From contig CAXXVL010000002.1 of assembly GCA_963667845.2 (NCBI GenBank), forward strand, positions 1,760,001-1,824,000: DNA of 64,000 nt, read 5' to 3'. The notes below the pieces were generated by a model. That model was not told the origin of the DNA and ran no database searches. It saw only the letters and a program-made list of their open reading frames with translations. The DNA comes from Smithellaceae bacterium. GTDB lineage: Bacteria; Desulfobacterota; Syntrophia; Syntrophales; Smithellaceae. Shown piece after piece: positions 20,400 through 30,527 of the stretch (its first letter is position 1; each line of letters starts with the position of its first letter). The position numbers were made by a program, and so were the translations under genes.

Positions 20400-21242
20400 C
20401 TACGCCGCGAATCTTGCCCAGACCGCAGAACCGGCCGCCCAGACGAGAATGGCCGCGGTGATCAATATCGTGACGTATGCCAATATCTTGCTCCAGGCGC
20501 TCTCGGGCTTCTGATCGTTGTATCCCATAACATAGGCCGCGAGCAGTCCGGAAAGCAGGCCGCCGCCGTGCGCCCAGTTGTTGATGCCGCTGAAGATAAA
20601 ACCGAAGATGACCAGACCGACCACCCATCCCAGCGCCTGCTTGTAGATGGCTTCCCCGTAATATCCTCCGCGGGTCTTCCCATAATAGATGATGGCGCCG
20701 ATGAGACCGCAAACCGAAGCGGATGCGCCGATTGTAAAAGAGACGCCGGCCAGCACCGAAACAATAAAGCCTGCGACGCCGGTCAGCAGGTAGATGTTCA
20801 CAAAACGGTGCACGCCGAATTCCCTGAGCACGAAGGGGCCGAGCTGGTAAAGAGCCATCATATTGAAGAGGATATGCAAAATTCCGCCGTGCAGAAATGA
20901 CGCGGAGACGACGCTTGCGAAGTTATGATACAGAAAGACGGGGAGGGTCCCGCTGGCCCCCAGATATAAGAGGCTCTGGTTGGAGGGCGAGAGAAACCCG
21001 AGCGGGTTGCCGCCCATGAAAATACCCCGGGGATCGATTAGCAGGGCCAGCACGTAAAAAGCGATATTCACATAGATGATGGCTCGCACCGGCTCGAAAG
21101 CGAAGAAAATGTTGCGAAGCTTGCCCGCTGATGCATGCAGGCCGGGACGTTTCAATCCGCAGTATGGACAAACCGGTTCGTCCAGGCTGATCAATTTCCG
21201 GCAATTGGGGCACAAAATAGAGTTTCTGGCAGCGCTCATCAT
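20400..21242 (-). CDS. Rhomboid intramembrane serine protease with N-terminal Zn ribbon
   Basis: CPNC..CPYC, FLHGGILHILFNM, GASAS (Ser), NWAHGGG (His). Confidence 0.93.
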   Translation of the reverse strand: MMSAARNSILCPNCRKLISLDEPVCPYCGLKRPGLHASAGKLRNIFFAFEPVRAIIYVNIAFYVLALLIDPRGIFMGGNPLGFLSPSNQSLLYLGASGTLPVFLYHNFASVVSASFLHGGILHILFNMMALYQLGPFVLREFGVHRFVNIYLLTGVAGFIVSVLAGVSFTIGASASVCGLIGAIIYYGKTRGGYYGEAIYKQALGWVVGLVIFGFIFSGINNWAHGGGLLSGLLAAYVMGYNDQKPESAWSKILAYVTILITAAILVWAAGSAVWARFAA

Positions 21243-21370
21243 GAATTCCTTACGATTTTAGATTGGGATTAATTAACAACAATACATCAAGTTGTAAAGG
21301 AAAATGCACCCCGTTCTTGACTACCGCTTCCGAATATATAATATGGCTTACGTTCAATGAAAGATAAAAT

Positions 21371-21640
21371 ATGCCGACAATAATTGTTTTGATTATAACA
21401 TTTCTCGCTGGATCAATCCTCCGGCTTCGCGGAATCAATGAATACATTGCTTGGATTTTGTCTTGCTGTATCATTCCCGCGTTTATCCTTTTTACTGAAT
21501 TTGTGCTTCCATATATGGGAGGCGGTGCATCCATGTGGCCTATCGCACTTGCTGCCGGTAGTTTTTATGGCGTTATTGTCGGCGGCTTGAGTGTTGTAAT
21601 CGCGTCATTTTATTTAAAGAGGAAGAAAAGAAAATCATAA
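21371..21640 (+). CDS. Small AT-rich membrane protein, probable integron gene cassette ORF
   Basis: Three hydrophobic segments, GGGASMWPIAL; stop codon lies inside the attC R'' box. Confidence 0.75.
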   Translation: MPTIIVLIITFLAGSILRLRGINEYIAWILSCCIIPAFILFTEFVLPYMGGGASMWPIALAAGSFYGVIVGGLSVVIASFYLKRKKRKS

Positions 21641-21689
21641 CCCGTCAATCCACCCGCTCGCTGCGCTCCGGGTGATTTTTTCGTTATGC
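21635..21689 (+). mobile_element. attC-like integron cassette recombination site
   Basis: R'' TCATAAC, L'' AATCCACCCG, L' CGGGTGATT, R' GTTATGC; the extra C in L'' gives an extrahelical G on the bottom strand. Confidence 0.7.
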
Positions 21690-21697
21690 AGGTGATT

Positions 21698-22852
21698 ATG
21701 CCGATCAAAGAGCGATTAAACGTGACAATTGAATCCATTGCCTTCGGCGGCCAGGGCGTGGCGCGCGCCGCCGGGCTCGTAATTTTCGTTCCGTTTTCAG
21801 CGCCGGGCGATGTCCTGGAGATCGAAATCGTTGAGCGTAAGAAAAGATTTGCGCGCGGAAGGCTGTTAAATATCATCGAACCTTCAAGCGGGCGGACCGA
21901 ACCTTCTTGCCTCTATTACGGCCGCTGCGGCGGGTGCTCCTATCAGCATATCGATTATGCGCATCAGCTTAAAATCAAACACAAGCAGATTTGCGAAGCT
22001 TTTGAGCGGATAGGTGGAATAGCTAAGCCTTCTGTTTTCGAAGTTATTTCCTCGCCCCGCATTTACGCCTACCGGGGGAAGGCCGAACTTCATGCCGCAA
22101 AAGAAGCGGGTCGTTTCCAACTGGGATTTATGGACATTTCCGGCGGCCGACTTGTGGACATTGAACGGTGCGCGATTATGGATGAAACCATCAATGATCT
22201 GATCCGGAAGGCCAGAACAAAAGGGATGGTTCCAAAGGATACCGATGACTTGATCTTTTGGTCGGGCCCGCCGGATGCCGAAGGCGAGGCCATTGCCCGC
22301 ACTGTGAAAAACAAAGACTTCCTCGTTCCCCGTACCGGATTTTTCCAGGCCAATTTGTATCTGACGGATCGGATGGTGGATGTGGTCTGCAGTCTGATCG
22401 ACCCAAAGGTGAAGACCATCGTTGACGCCTGCTGCGGCTCGGGGCTTTTTTCGCTTTTCCTCGCGCCTTACGCCCAGCGCGTACTGGGAATCGAAATCAA
22501 CGCTAGATCCGTAAAATATGCCCGCATCAATGCCCGAAGACAGGGGGTGCAAAATGCGGAATTTATCCAGGGTGATGTCGAAGAGGTTTTGGCGGACCGG
22601 GTGCTGCTCGGGGATGCCGTCGATCTCATCTTGCTTGATCCGCCGCGCACCGGCTTGAGCGCCCGGTCGCTGGCGGCGGTTTCCGGCTTGAAACCGCAAG
22701 GTATCATTTACATCTCCTGTAATCCGGCAACACAGGCGCGGGACGTGAAATTCCTGAATGAGCAAGGCTATGATCTGCAAAGTCTGCAGCCGCTGGATAT
22801 GTTCGCGCAGACGGAGCATATCGAAACCGTGGCGCTGCTGCGGCAAAGATGA
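21698..22852 (+). CDS. rlmD: 23S rRNA m5U methyltransferase RlmD/TrmA family
   Basis: TRAM domain, C..YGRCGGCSYQH, FFQAN, LDPPRTG, YISCNPAT, DMFAQTEHIE. Confidence 0.9.
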   Translation: MPIKERLNVTIESIAFGGQGVARAAGLVIFVPFSAPGDVLEIEIVERKKRFARGRLLNIIEPSSGRTEPSCLYYGRCGGCSYQHIDYAHQLKIKHKQICEAFERIGGIAKPSVFEVISSPRIYAYRGKAELHAAKEAGRFQLGFMDISGGRLVDIERCAIMDETINDLIRKARTKGMVPKDTDDLIFWSGPPDAEGEAIARTVKNKDFLVPRTGFFQANLYLTDRMVDVVCSLIDPKVKTIVDACCGSGLFSLFLAPYAQRVLGIEINARSVKYARINARRQGVQNAEFIQGDVEEVLADRVLLGDAVDLILLDPPRTGLSARSLAAVSGLKPQGIIYISCNPATQARDVKFLNEQGYDLQSLQPLDMFAQTEHIETVALLRQR

Positions 22853-22870
22853 TCGGCCGGTCGTATTTGC

Positions 22871-22925
22871 TAATTCTGCTCACGCGGGACGAGCGTTAAT
22901 TTTCGCGTAGCTTGCTGCGAGGTGG
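22871..22925 (+). repeat. Dispersed mini-repeat copy 3
   Basis: Same consensus as 5622..5679. Confidence 0.8.
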
Positions 22926-23226
22926 AGGACACATCAGACCCCTTTGCATAAATAGTTGTTATGGAGGAATAAATTCATTGACAGAACGGGGCATATCGAT
23001 ATACGCAAGCTCTACGAGATCAAGGTGCGAATCATGGGGATCCGTTGTTGACAGCTTTGGGTGAGCACTCATAAATCTCTTCCCCTAAATCATTTAACTC
23101 ATTGAAATGAAAAATTTAATATAGTTTTGCCCGGATCACGTGGTATGATGATGTTGACAGGAATCCTCATCCATTGAATTTACCGAGCGGGATTTCCGGA
23201 ATCCCGCCCATAAATAGCGTAGTCCT

Positions 23227-23703
23227 ATGAACAGAGACGAAAAAAGAGACAGAGCCATTGTGGACAGACCGCGGGCGGCATTGTGCCGGCCCCGGAAGAT
23301 TGCAGACGGTCCGGATGACCATCTGGCCGACGGGAATGAAACGATCCTCCTTGTCGACGATGAGCCTATCATCATTGATGTGGCGCGCGACATGCTCGAA
23401 ATTCTGGGATATCGGGTCATTGCTGCACGCAACGGTCAGGACGCCATTGACATTTACGGCCGCAGGAAGAATGAAATTGATATGGTCATTCAGGACATGG
23501 TCATGCCCGGAATGAACGGCGCCGACGTATTTCAGGCCCTGAAAAGGATCAACCCGGAGGTAAAGGTTATTCTGGCCAGCGGCTATGTCCTGAATAAGCA
23601 AATCGCGGCCATGATCGAGCAGGGCTGCCGGGCGTTTATGCCCAAGCCGTTTCGCCTGGAAGACCTGTCTTTGAAAGTCCGGGAAGTCCTGGATTCGCCC
23701 TGA
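23227..23703 (+). CDS. Stand-alone response regulator receiver protein
   Basis: ILLVDDE, QDMVMPGMNG, ASGY, KPF. Confidence 0.85.
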   Translation: MNRDEKRDRAIVDRPRAALCRPRKIADGPDDHLADGNETILLVDDEPIIIDVARDMLEILGYRVIAARNGQDAIDIYGRRKNEIDMVIQDMVMPGMNGADVFQALKRINPEVKVILASGYVLNKQIAAMIEQGCRAFMPKPFRLEDLSLKVREVLDSP

Positions 23704-23798
23704 CGCAACTTTCAAAAATATTTATGGCTTTCCAATGAAAATATTGCTATTTTCCCCACGCGACGAAAATTATGTTCAAAAATTTCAGGGAGGACAAG

Positions 23799-24203
23799 AT
23801 GGCATCAAAAAGTAAGGACGTGAGACTGGAACAACGCCGGATATTGGAAAAGAAGCTGGAAATGCGGCTTTCCAATCTGACCGGGCAGGGGATAGCGGCT
23901 GAAAAGATAAAGACCGATCCTCTTGTGAAAAGTCTGAAATCACAGATCAGAGAAACGAATATCCGCATCGCCGCTATCGATAAGAACACGGTAAAAGTCG
24001 AGTCCATGAAGCAGGACAAAGCGAAGAAGCTTCTGGAGAAATCCGCACCGAAAGAAACCGAGGCGGCTCCGGGAAAAGAAGCGAAAGCGAAAAAGAAAGC
24101 CGCGCCGGCGGAAAAAGAGCCCAAAAAGAAAAAGGAACCGGCGGCAGAAGGGGAAGCGGTAAAGAAACCCAAGAAAAAGAAGGAAGAAGCTCCGGCGGCA
24201 TAG
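23799..24203 (+). CDS. Hypothetical protein with Lys/Ala/Glu-rich tail
   Basis: GGAGG RBS, coiled-coil N-half, KKKAAPAEK-type tail, followed by a terminator. Confidence 0.8.
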   Translation: MASKSKDVRLEQRRILEKKLEMRLSNLTGQGIAAEKIKTDPLVKSLKSQIRETNIRIAAIDKNTVKVESMKQDKAKKLLEKSAPKETEAAPGKEAKAKKKAAPAEKEPKKKKEPAAEGEAVKKPKKKKEEAPAA

Positions 24204-24214
24204 ACTCTCCGAAC

Positions 24215-24252
24215 AAAAAAGGCAAACTGGATTTCAACAGTTTGCCTTTTTT
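24215..24252 (+). terminator. Bidirectional rho-independent terminator
   Basis: AAAAAAGGCAAACTG-loop-CAGTTTGCCTTTTTT. Confidence 0.9.
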
Positions 24253-24309
24253 AATCCCGCTTCCGCGGGACGAGCGTTAATTCTCCATAGCCTGCTGCGA
24301 GGCTGTTGA
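24252..24309 (+). repeat. Dispersed mini-repeat copy 4
   Basis: Same consensus as 5622..5679; abuts the tRNA remnant. Confidence 0.85.
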
Positions 24310-24314
24310 TTATC

Positions 24315-24360
24315 CGGCGTCCCCAAGGGGAGTCAAACCAGGTTTACAGGCGTGAAAAGG
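24315..24360 (-). mobile_element. Degenerate 3'-half of tRNA-Glu(TTC): att scar 1
   Basis: GGCGTCCCCAAGGGGAGTCAAACCAGGTTTACAGGCGTGAAA matches 49169.. with several mismatches. Confidence 0.75.
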
Positions 24361-24404
24361 TCTTCAGATCACCCGCCGCGACAATCCCCCCTGCATCATT
24401 CAAG

Positions 24405-25226
24405 TTAGTTCGCCCTGCCATTTTTTTGTTGCATCTTCCTGGTAAGATTACTTACAACGAGCTCCGTCATCAGCTTCCTTCCCGCGGCTTGAGCCGGAGC
24501 AAATTTCCTGACAAAATTGATTTCTTCTTCAGTCGGACGAGCTGTTTCGCTCAGGTCCGGCGATACCTTCAAATCCCAGGAGACGTCTTTCTTAACATCT
24601 TCAATACGAACTTTCGGATGAATCTGGGCCAGATACAACTCTTTCGTTATCGGATCGAAGCGGAAGACGCCTTTGGTCGTGAGGAGCATGGAGGGGCCGC
24701 TTACCTTCGGAAAACGACCTGTTTTCTCACGACTGCCGCCGCCGTCGAGATAACCGGGGGATGTGACGTAATCGAGCTTTTTCACGAACTCGCCGCCCAG
24801 CATGGTCAGGACTGTCCGCTTGCAATAGGAAATGAAATCGGCTGCGCCGCCTGAGCCGGGCAGGCGCATTGTCGGGTTATAGTAGTCGCCAATCACGGTG
24901 GTATTGAGATTGCCGTATTTGTCAACCTGACCCACACCGAGAAAACAGACATCGACAAATCCCCGGTAAGCCATGGTAAACGCCGAGAACAGATCGGTAG
25001 CATAGGCAAATCCACGCAACGCATTGGCGTGATTGAGAGGCAAAAGGGGTTCGAAATCGATAATGCCCGATTCCATCATGAGCGTCGCATGGGGAGCATA
25101 CAGGGCCTTGGCCAGAGCTCCCGCAGTCGTGGGCAATCCAACCCCCAGAATAATATTTTCATGGTCATGAATTTCCTTCGCAACGGTAATGATCAACAAT
25201 TCTTCCAATGTGTATGCCTTATTCAT
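24405..25226 (-). CDS. gctB: Glutaconate CoA-transferase-like subunit B
   Basis: LGVGLP, MMESGI (catalytic Glu), GQVDKYGNLN, RLPGSGGAAD, DYVTSPG. Confidence 0.85.
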   Translation of the reverse strand: MNKAYTLEELLIITVAKEIHDHENIILGVGLPTTAGALAKALYAPHATLMMESGIIDFEPLLPLNHANALRGFAYATDLFSAFTMAYRGFVDVCFLGVGQVDKYGNLNTTVIGDYYNPTMRLPGSGGAADFISYCKRTVLTMLGGEFVKKLDYVTSPGYLDGGGSREKTGRFPKVSGPSMLLTTKGVFRFDPITKELYLAQIHPKVRIEDVKKDVSWDLKVSPDLSETARPTEEEINFVRKFAPAQAAGRKLMTELVVSNLTRKMQQKNGRAN

Positions 25227-26264
25227 AAAGCACCCCCTTTTCTTGCAGGAACTTTTCAAATTCTTCCATCGTCACGCCCATATTTCTTTCACGTCCTTCC
25301 CCATTCCATATGGAGGTAAATGCAGCCCCGTAATTGGCCGGCGCCGAGTAAAATGCATTCGCCCGGATACCGTCCAGGGTGCCGCTGCCGAATTTTTCCA
25401 CGTGATGATCGATATAGGCTGCACGGCCCTTGCAGCCTATCACCATTCATCCATCCAGGCCTGCATGGCCTTGGCATCTCCGCAAGCCATGGCAAAGAGA
25501 CTGAACATGAAGCGATCCAGGTTATAGTAACCGATGACCTCCGTCGGAGTGGCGCCCCACGGGATTTCAATCACGGCATCAACCCGATAGGCAGGTATTA
25601 ACGTCAGATGCGGACTTGATTTAATGACATCATGCTCGACGATTTCTTCACAGGAGACAATGATCTTCTTGCTGCTTAGGGATGCGGCAGCCACACTGCC
25701 CAGGGCACCCCAGTATTGGGCATTGCCGTGTTTATCCGCCCGCTGGACATGGACAATGCAGACATCGGGATTTGCTGCCGGAACGGTAAGAATTTCTTTG
25801 CCCGTATAAGGACATTTGATGATGCGATATTTATCTTCACCCAAAAAAGTGCGCTTCCTGAACAAATCGGTTTCAATCGCTCCCTCCAAAACCGGTATAA
25901 ATGTAAAGCCATGCATCCCGGCGACGAGACGGGCGTTGTATTGAAAATTCGTGTAGTCCTCCATTTGGAGGGTTCCCGCTTGCAGGGAGCGTTCCACGCA
26001 GGATCCTCCGGCCCGGCCCCCTCCCCGATAAACATACGTGCTGACCAGGCGATCCACACAACCGGCCGCCACCAGCACCTCGACATCGATGACACCGGAT
26101 TGCGAATACACGGTCAAATGTTTTTTCTGCTGACGGGCAACTTCATAAACAAGAGCCATGGCGGCGGCAACCGTGTAGTTACCCAGAATCAGACTGCTTC
26201 CATCGTGAACAAACTTACCGATGGCCTCACTGGCGGTCATGACTTTACGCTCTGCTTCAGACAT
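25219..26264 (-). pseudogene. gctA: Glutaconate CoA-transferase-like subunit A, split by a 1-nt frameshift near 25443
   Basis: ...WMDEW-stop continues as VIGCKGRAAYIDH... in another frame (TGGTG instead of TGGGTG); the second part ends overlapping the gctB start. Confidence 0.8.
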
Positions 26265-26624
26265 AGAAACCTCCTTGTGCGTAGATTATGATTTCCCAGA
26301 TGAGTGTTAGAATATGTCCGGGGAAGAGACAAGTGGGTAGGGGCCCCAAATAGACGAGAATATTCCCGCTTTTATGAGAGGGAAAACCCTACTGGGAAAA
26401 AAAGAAATCTTTCCGATGAAAATAAGTGAGGACGTTGCTGCGGCTAACGGAGGGCCGGCCCGCCGGGAGCTGAAATGGGTCCCGGGTCTGCCTTTGAAAT
26501 CTGAAAAATTAATGGAATACGATAAGGAAGAAGGATTCTTGAGCAAAGAACCCCTCTCTTAATCGGTTCTTAGCTTTTAAAGACTAACATTTTTATATGG
26601 GGGATGGTTCAGATAACCGCAAGG

Positions 26625-26660
26625 TCAAGGAGGAAGCGGCGGACCACCGCTTCCTCTTGA
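26625..26660 (-). terminator. Stem-loop downstream of the binding-protein gene
   Basis: TCAAGGAGGAAGCGG-loop-CCGCTTCCTCTTGA inverted repeat; weak U tail. Confidence 0.55.
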
Positions 26661-26702
26661 TCATCGGCGAAACAACACTGTGCGCTCTTCTTTATTAATT
26701 AG

Positions 26703-28187
26703 TTACTGTCCCCAGTCATTCTTACCCGTACACCGATCCAGTTTCCGGTCCATGAGGGGCAGAACCTTGCCGGCCGGGATTTCCCACGACGGCCCGATAT
26801 TCGATGCATTTTCATACCAATGGTAAGGAGGCATATTGAACGATACCTTTTGTTCCGCCGGCGGCACGTACTCGCCTACCCGGAAACCCTGAATCGCCTT
26901 ATGGTCGCATGCCCGCATCTTGATGATCCGGCCATTGACCCACTGATACGTATCCCCTTCCCAAACCTTGATGATCTTTTCAGGGTCCGTGCTGCCGGCC
27001 CGTTCGATCACGCTCAAAAGCCAATAAGTCTGTTGCTGCCAAAATCCGAGCGTACCCGATGGATGACGGAATAAAGGACTGGTATATGGGGCTGTCTTCC
27101 ATCTTTTTTGCCAGCCATCGTTCCACGCTTTGTAATACTTAATTGTTTCGGGGGATGTAAAAGCAGGTCCTGCCTTGTCATAGTGTGTGATATTGACCAG
27201 TCCCTTGGTTCCTTCCACACCGATTTCGTTGAGCATATTCGGTTCATCCAGATAGAGATTGGCGAAGGGGATTGTGATCCCCATTTGGCGGGCCTGCTTG
27301 AGCAGGTTTCCGGAATCGGGGAGCCAGTCTCCTGTCCAGACTACCTCGGCGCCCGAAGCCTTGATCTTCGTCAGATAAGGGGCAAAATCAGTTAGGAAAA
27401 GCTTATGGTAGTCCTCTCCCACGATTTGCGCTTCAGGGAAGTATTCCTTCAGACCATGCTTAAATCCTTCGGCCATTCCATGGCCAAAGGAGTAATCCTG
27501 GCAAAGGATATAGAATTTCTTTTCTTTCTTGCGAATCTGGCCGTAATAATAGGCCATCCCGCGGCCGATGGAGTCGGTTGTATCGGAGCTCATGAAGGAA
27601 TAACGATTGAAGTTTGTCGCATCCTGAAGGTCGTCGGACAGTGCACCGATATTCACGCCGATGACTTTGTATTTGTTGGCCACCTCGTTGAGGATCTTCT
27701 GGATATTACTGCCCGAAGTGCCCAGCAGGACATGAACCTTCTCCTGGAGGACCATGCGTTCGCAGATCTTCTTACCCTGATCCGGCTTGGACATGCTGTC
27801 CGCCTTGAACAAGGCAATCTTCTTCTTTTTGCCGTCAACCAGAATGCCGCCGCGCTGATTAATGTCGTACGCGGCAAAAGTTATGCAAGCCCACGCCAGT
27901 TCGCCATTGAGTGCGCCGGGGCCTGAGAAGGGCCAGACGACGGCAATTTTGATCGTGTCACCCTCGGGATTTACCCACTTGGCCGGATCAAAGCCGGACA
28001 TATTGCCCATCTTATTGGCATCAAATTTGGCATTCGGTTTGGACCAGGTTTCAAATGCATCCGATTTAACCACTTTCGCCTTCTTTTCCGCTTTCTGAGC
28101 CATGGCCGCAGACGGGCCATAGATTGTTAGACAGAAAATCGAAAAAACACATAAAAAAACTAAAATTGTCTTACCTGTACATCTCAT
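26703..28187 (-). CDS. ABC transporter substrate-binding protein (Liv/branched-chain type), orphan
   Basis: Signal peptide, IKIAVVWPFSG, QDYSFG, TDFAPYLTKIKASGAE, MRACDH. Confidence 0.9.
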   Translation of the reverse strand: MRCTGKTILVFLCVFSIFCLTIYGPSAAMAQKAEKKAKVVKSDAFETWSKPNAKFDANKMGNMSGFDPAKWVNPEGDTIKIAVVWPFSGPGALNGELAWACITFAAYDINQRGGILVDGKKKKIALFKADSMSKPDQGKKICERMVLQEKVHVLLGTSGSNIQKILNEVANKYKVIGVNIGALSDDLQDATNFNRYSFMSSDTTDSIGRGMAYYYGQIRKKEKKFYILCQDYSFGHGMAEGFKHGLKEYFPEAQIVGEDYHKLFLTDFAPYLTKIKASGAEVVWTGDWLPDSGNLLKQARQMGITIPFANLYLDEPNMLNEIGVEGTKGLVNITHYDKAGPAFTSPETIKYYKAWNDGWQKRWKTAPYTSPLFRHPSGTLGFWQQQTYWLLSVIERAGSTDPEKIIKVWEGDTYQWVNGRIIKMRACDHKAIQGFRVGEYVPPAEQKVSFNMPPYHWYENASNIGPSWEIPAGKVLPLMDRKLDRCTGKNDWGQ

Positions 28188-28367
28188 CTTGGATCTCCTT
28201 CTTTCTTGATACGCGAGTGTGTTGCTTCATCGGGAAAGTCTATTACATTATTGGTGTTGTTTGTCAATTAAGTACGGACCGCAACGCAGGGTGAAGGAAA
28301 CATTTTTCGGGAAAGTACCGCCAAAGAAAAAAGCGATTTAGATGAAATTCTAAACCGCTAATATGAT

Positions 28368-28416
28368 TTGCGTCCCCATGGGGAGCCGAACCGCCGGTTA
28401 CAGGCGTGAAAGGGCG
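28368..28416 (-). mobile_element. Degenerate 3'-half of tRNA-Glu(TTC): att scar 2 (left end of island 1)
   Basis: GCGTCCCCATGGGGAGCCGAACCGCCGGTTACAGGCGTGAAAGGGCG is nearly identical to 49170..49215. Confidence 0.85.
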
Positions 28417-28991
28417 ATAAAGAGTGTCTTCCACCTGATTTTAAATGCTTTTGAAGGTTTTTTAAAGCCGTCTGCCGTAATATAGCTTGGAGGCAAGCCT
28501 CCCGTTCTTTGAACCAGTGGTGGAATGGGATTTTGATACACTCCACAAAGAGTTATTTGCTCTGATTAAAAAAATGGGAGTAAAAAAATCTTAATTATTG
28601 GCGGAAACAAAAATTGCCGCTTCCTTAATGATGAAGGTTGATGAAGATTGGGAAGCGAGGGCAAGTGTTCCGGCTCTCCGGCAGGAGAAAAATCTGGGGC
28701 AGGGTGCTTGGTGCAGGTGACGAGTGTGCATTTCAGCGCTGCCTCTGCCCTGAACAGGCTTTCCTCTGGCAAGGTGTGCTCTGCCGGCACTTTCACTTCT
28801 TCGCTCCAGGGCATCCACTATACTTCGAGCCAACGCTCGTGCGTCGTATCAATGGATCGGAATTTTTCGGTGCTATCAAGCATTATACAATCTTAACCCA
28901 TCATTTCATACATATGGAGCAGAACATCTTCCTGCCCAGAGATCTATAGCAGGTCCGCTTTTTCTTTTTTAAATGATGTTCCCGTCTTTCT

Positions 28992-29008
28992 GTTCCGTAT
29001 ATTAGAAC
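28992..29008. promoter_or_regulatory. Possible IclR-type operator palindrome
   Basis: GTTCCGTATATTAGAAC (GTTC-N9-GAAC) upstream of the IclR gene, with further GAAC half-sites nearby. Confidence 0.4.
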
Positions 29009-29109
29009 TGATTATTAAAAATGCAGAACATTTTGCTTGACCCCATTTTTCTGTAGGGTAAAAGAAATTATCAACATATGGAACAATCTCTCATGGAGGT
29101 TTTTTTACC

Positions 29110-29916
29110 ATGAAGCAGACACCATCAATTTCGAAGACTCCATCGAGCCCCATAAATAAATACCGCGTAACATCGCTTGACAAGGCGCTTTTAATTCTGG
29201 AACTGGTGATTGACCATGGCCGGGATCTTTCCATCACAGAGATCAGCCAGAAACTTGGCATGGTGAAGGGAACGGTTCATCGGATCCTGAGCACCCTCGT
29301 GGCACGAAAATTCGTGCAGCAGAACAGCAAAACCAAAATGTACGGTCTTGGTGTGCGGACGCTGGAAATCGGAATGGACTCGAAAAGAGAAAAATTTCTG
29401 CGCATGGCCATGGCCCCCTTTCTGATGAAGCTCTATGAGACTTGCGGAGAAACGGTGAACGCGTCTGTTTGGGAATATAGTGGCATTCGCTACATCTACC
29501 GGCTGGAGTCTGAAGAGATGCTTCGAATCTCAACACCGGCTGGCGCACGGTTTCCCGGCTACTGTGCCGCGACCGGCAAGATATTGCTTTCATACTTCAG
29601 CAATGAAGACATCCGGCAGATTTATAGCCTGAATAAATCTTTAAAAAAATACACGAACAATACGATTGCTTCTGTAGACGAACTGATTCGGGAAATCGAT
29701 AAAGTCAGGATCAGGAAGGTGGCAGTCGATGATGAAGAAGCCCTCGCAGGGGTCTACTGTGTTGCTGCACCCATATTGAATTCAAAGGGAGAATGTGTGG
29801 CAGCCATCAGTATTTCAGCTCCGAAAAATCGGGTAACCGCAAAGACGAGAGACACGTTTGCAAAACTTGTTTCGGAAACGGCCGCGAAAATCTCAAGTAC
29901 ATTGAGTGAGCCATAA
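29110..29916 (+). CDS. IclR family transcriptional regulator
   Basis: SLDKALLILE...KGTVHRILSTL HTH, ETVN, ATGK, CVAAPI, AAISIS. Confidence 0.95.
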   Translation: MKQTPSISKTPSSPINKYRVTSLDKALLILELVIDHGRDLSITEISQKLGMVKGTVHRILSTLVARKFVQQNSKTKMYGLGVRTLEIGMDSKREKFLRMAMAPFLMKLYETCGETVNASVWEYSGIRYIYRLESEEMLRISTPAGARFPGYCAATGKILLSYFSNEDIRQIYSLNKSLKKYTNNTIASVDELIREIDKVRIRKVAVDDEEALAGVYCVAAPILNSKGECVAAISISAPKNRVTAKTRDTFAKLVSETAAKISSTLSEP

Positions 29917-29948
29917 ACTTCGGGGACACCATTTAAACTCTGAGGAAT

Positions 29949-30527
29949 ATGAATATGGTAGGTATTCGGTTTCATGGAAGAGGGGGGCAGGGAGCCGTCG
30001 TAGCTTCAAAAATTTTAGCTCATGCCTATTTCAAACAGGGGCTCTATGTTCAGGCTTTTCCGTCTTTCGGTATGGAACGAAAAGGGGCTGCCGTATCCGC
30101 GTTTGTCCGGCTGGATAGCGATGCTATTGTCGAGCGCGGAGAAATCAAAAGCCCTAATGTCGTGATCGTGCTGGATTCTTCACTGCTTGGCAAAGTGGAT
30201 GTGACTCGTGGCGCCCAGCCGGATGCATTGATCCTGATTAATTGCAGGGAAAATGAGAAGCAAGATCTCATCAAGGGGCGCTTTCGAGTGGCTGGTGTGG
30301 ACGCCGTGAAAATAGCGCTTCAGCACGAGTTGGGCTCAAAAATGGCTCCGAACATTAACACCGTCATCCTCGGCGCCTATGCAGGAGTTTCCGGGGACCT
30401 TGCGCTTTCCAATCTGCTGGCAGCTATTGAAAAAGGCGTACCGGTAAATCCTGAACAGAACATGGCTGCCGCCGCAGCGGCGTATCGGGCAGTATTCAGG
30501 ATATCAGGTGATATCGATGCAGCCTAA
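29949..30527 (+). CDS. porC: 2-oxoacid:acceptor oxidoreductase gamma subunit
   Basis: IRFHGRGGQGAV, AFPSFGMERKGA, NTVILGA. Confidence 0.92.
   Translation: MNMVGIRFHGRGGQGAVVASKILAHAYFKQGLYVQAFPSFGMERKGAAVSAFVRLDSDAIVERGEIKSPNVVIVLDSSLLGKVDVTRGAQPDALILINCRENEKQDLIKGRFRVAGVDAVKIALQHELGSKMAPNINTVILGAYAGVSGDLALSNLLAAIEKGVPVNPEQNMAAAAAAYRAVFRISGDIDAA

Noticed and set aside
25437..25445. Selenocysteine read-through of the gctA TGA
   Set aside because: TGA is followed immediately by TAG, and the homologous sequence continues in a different frame.
28560..28950. Short ORFs between att scar 2 and IclR
   Set aside because: Overlapping frames with no recognisable motif; probably decayed coding sequence that cannot be assigned.
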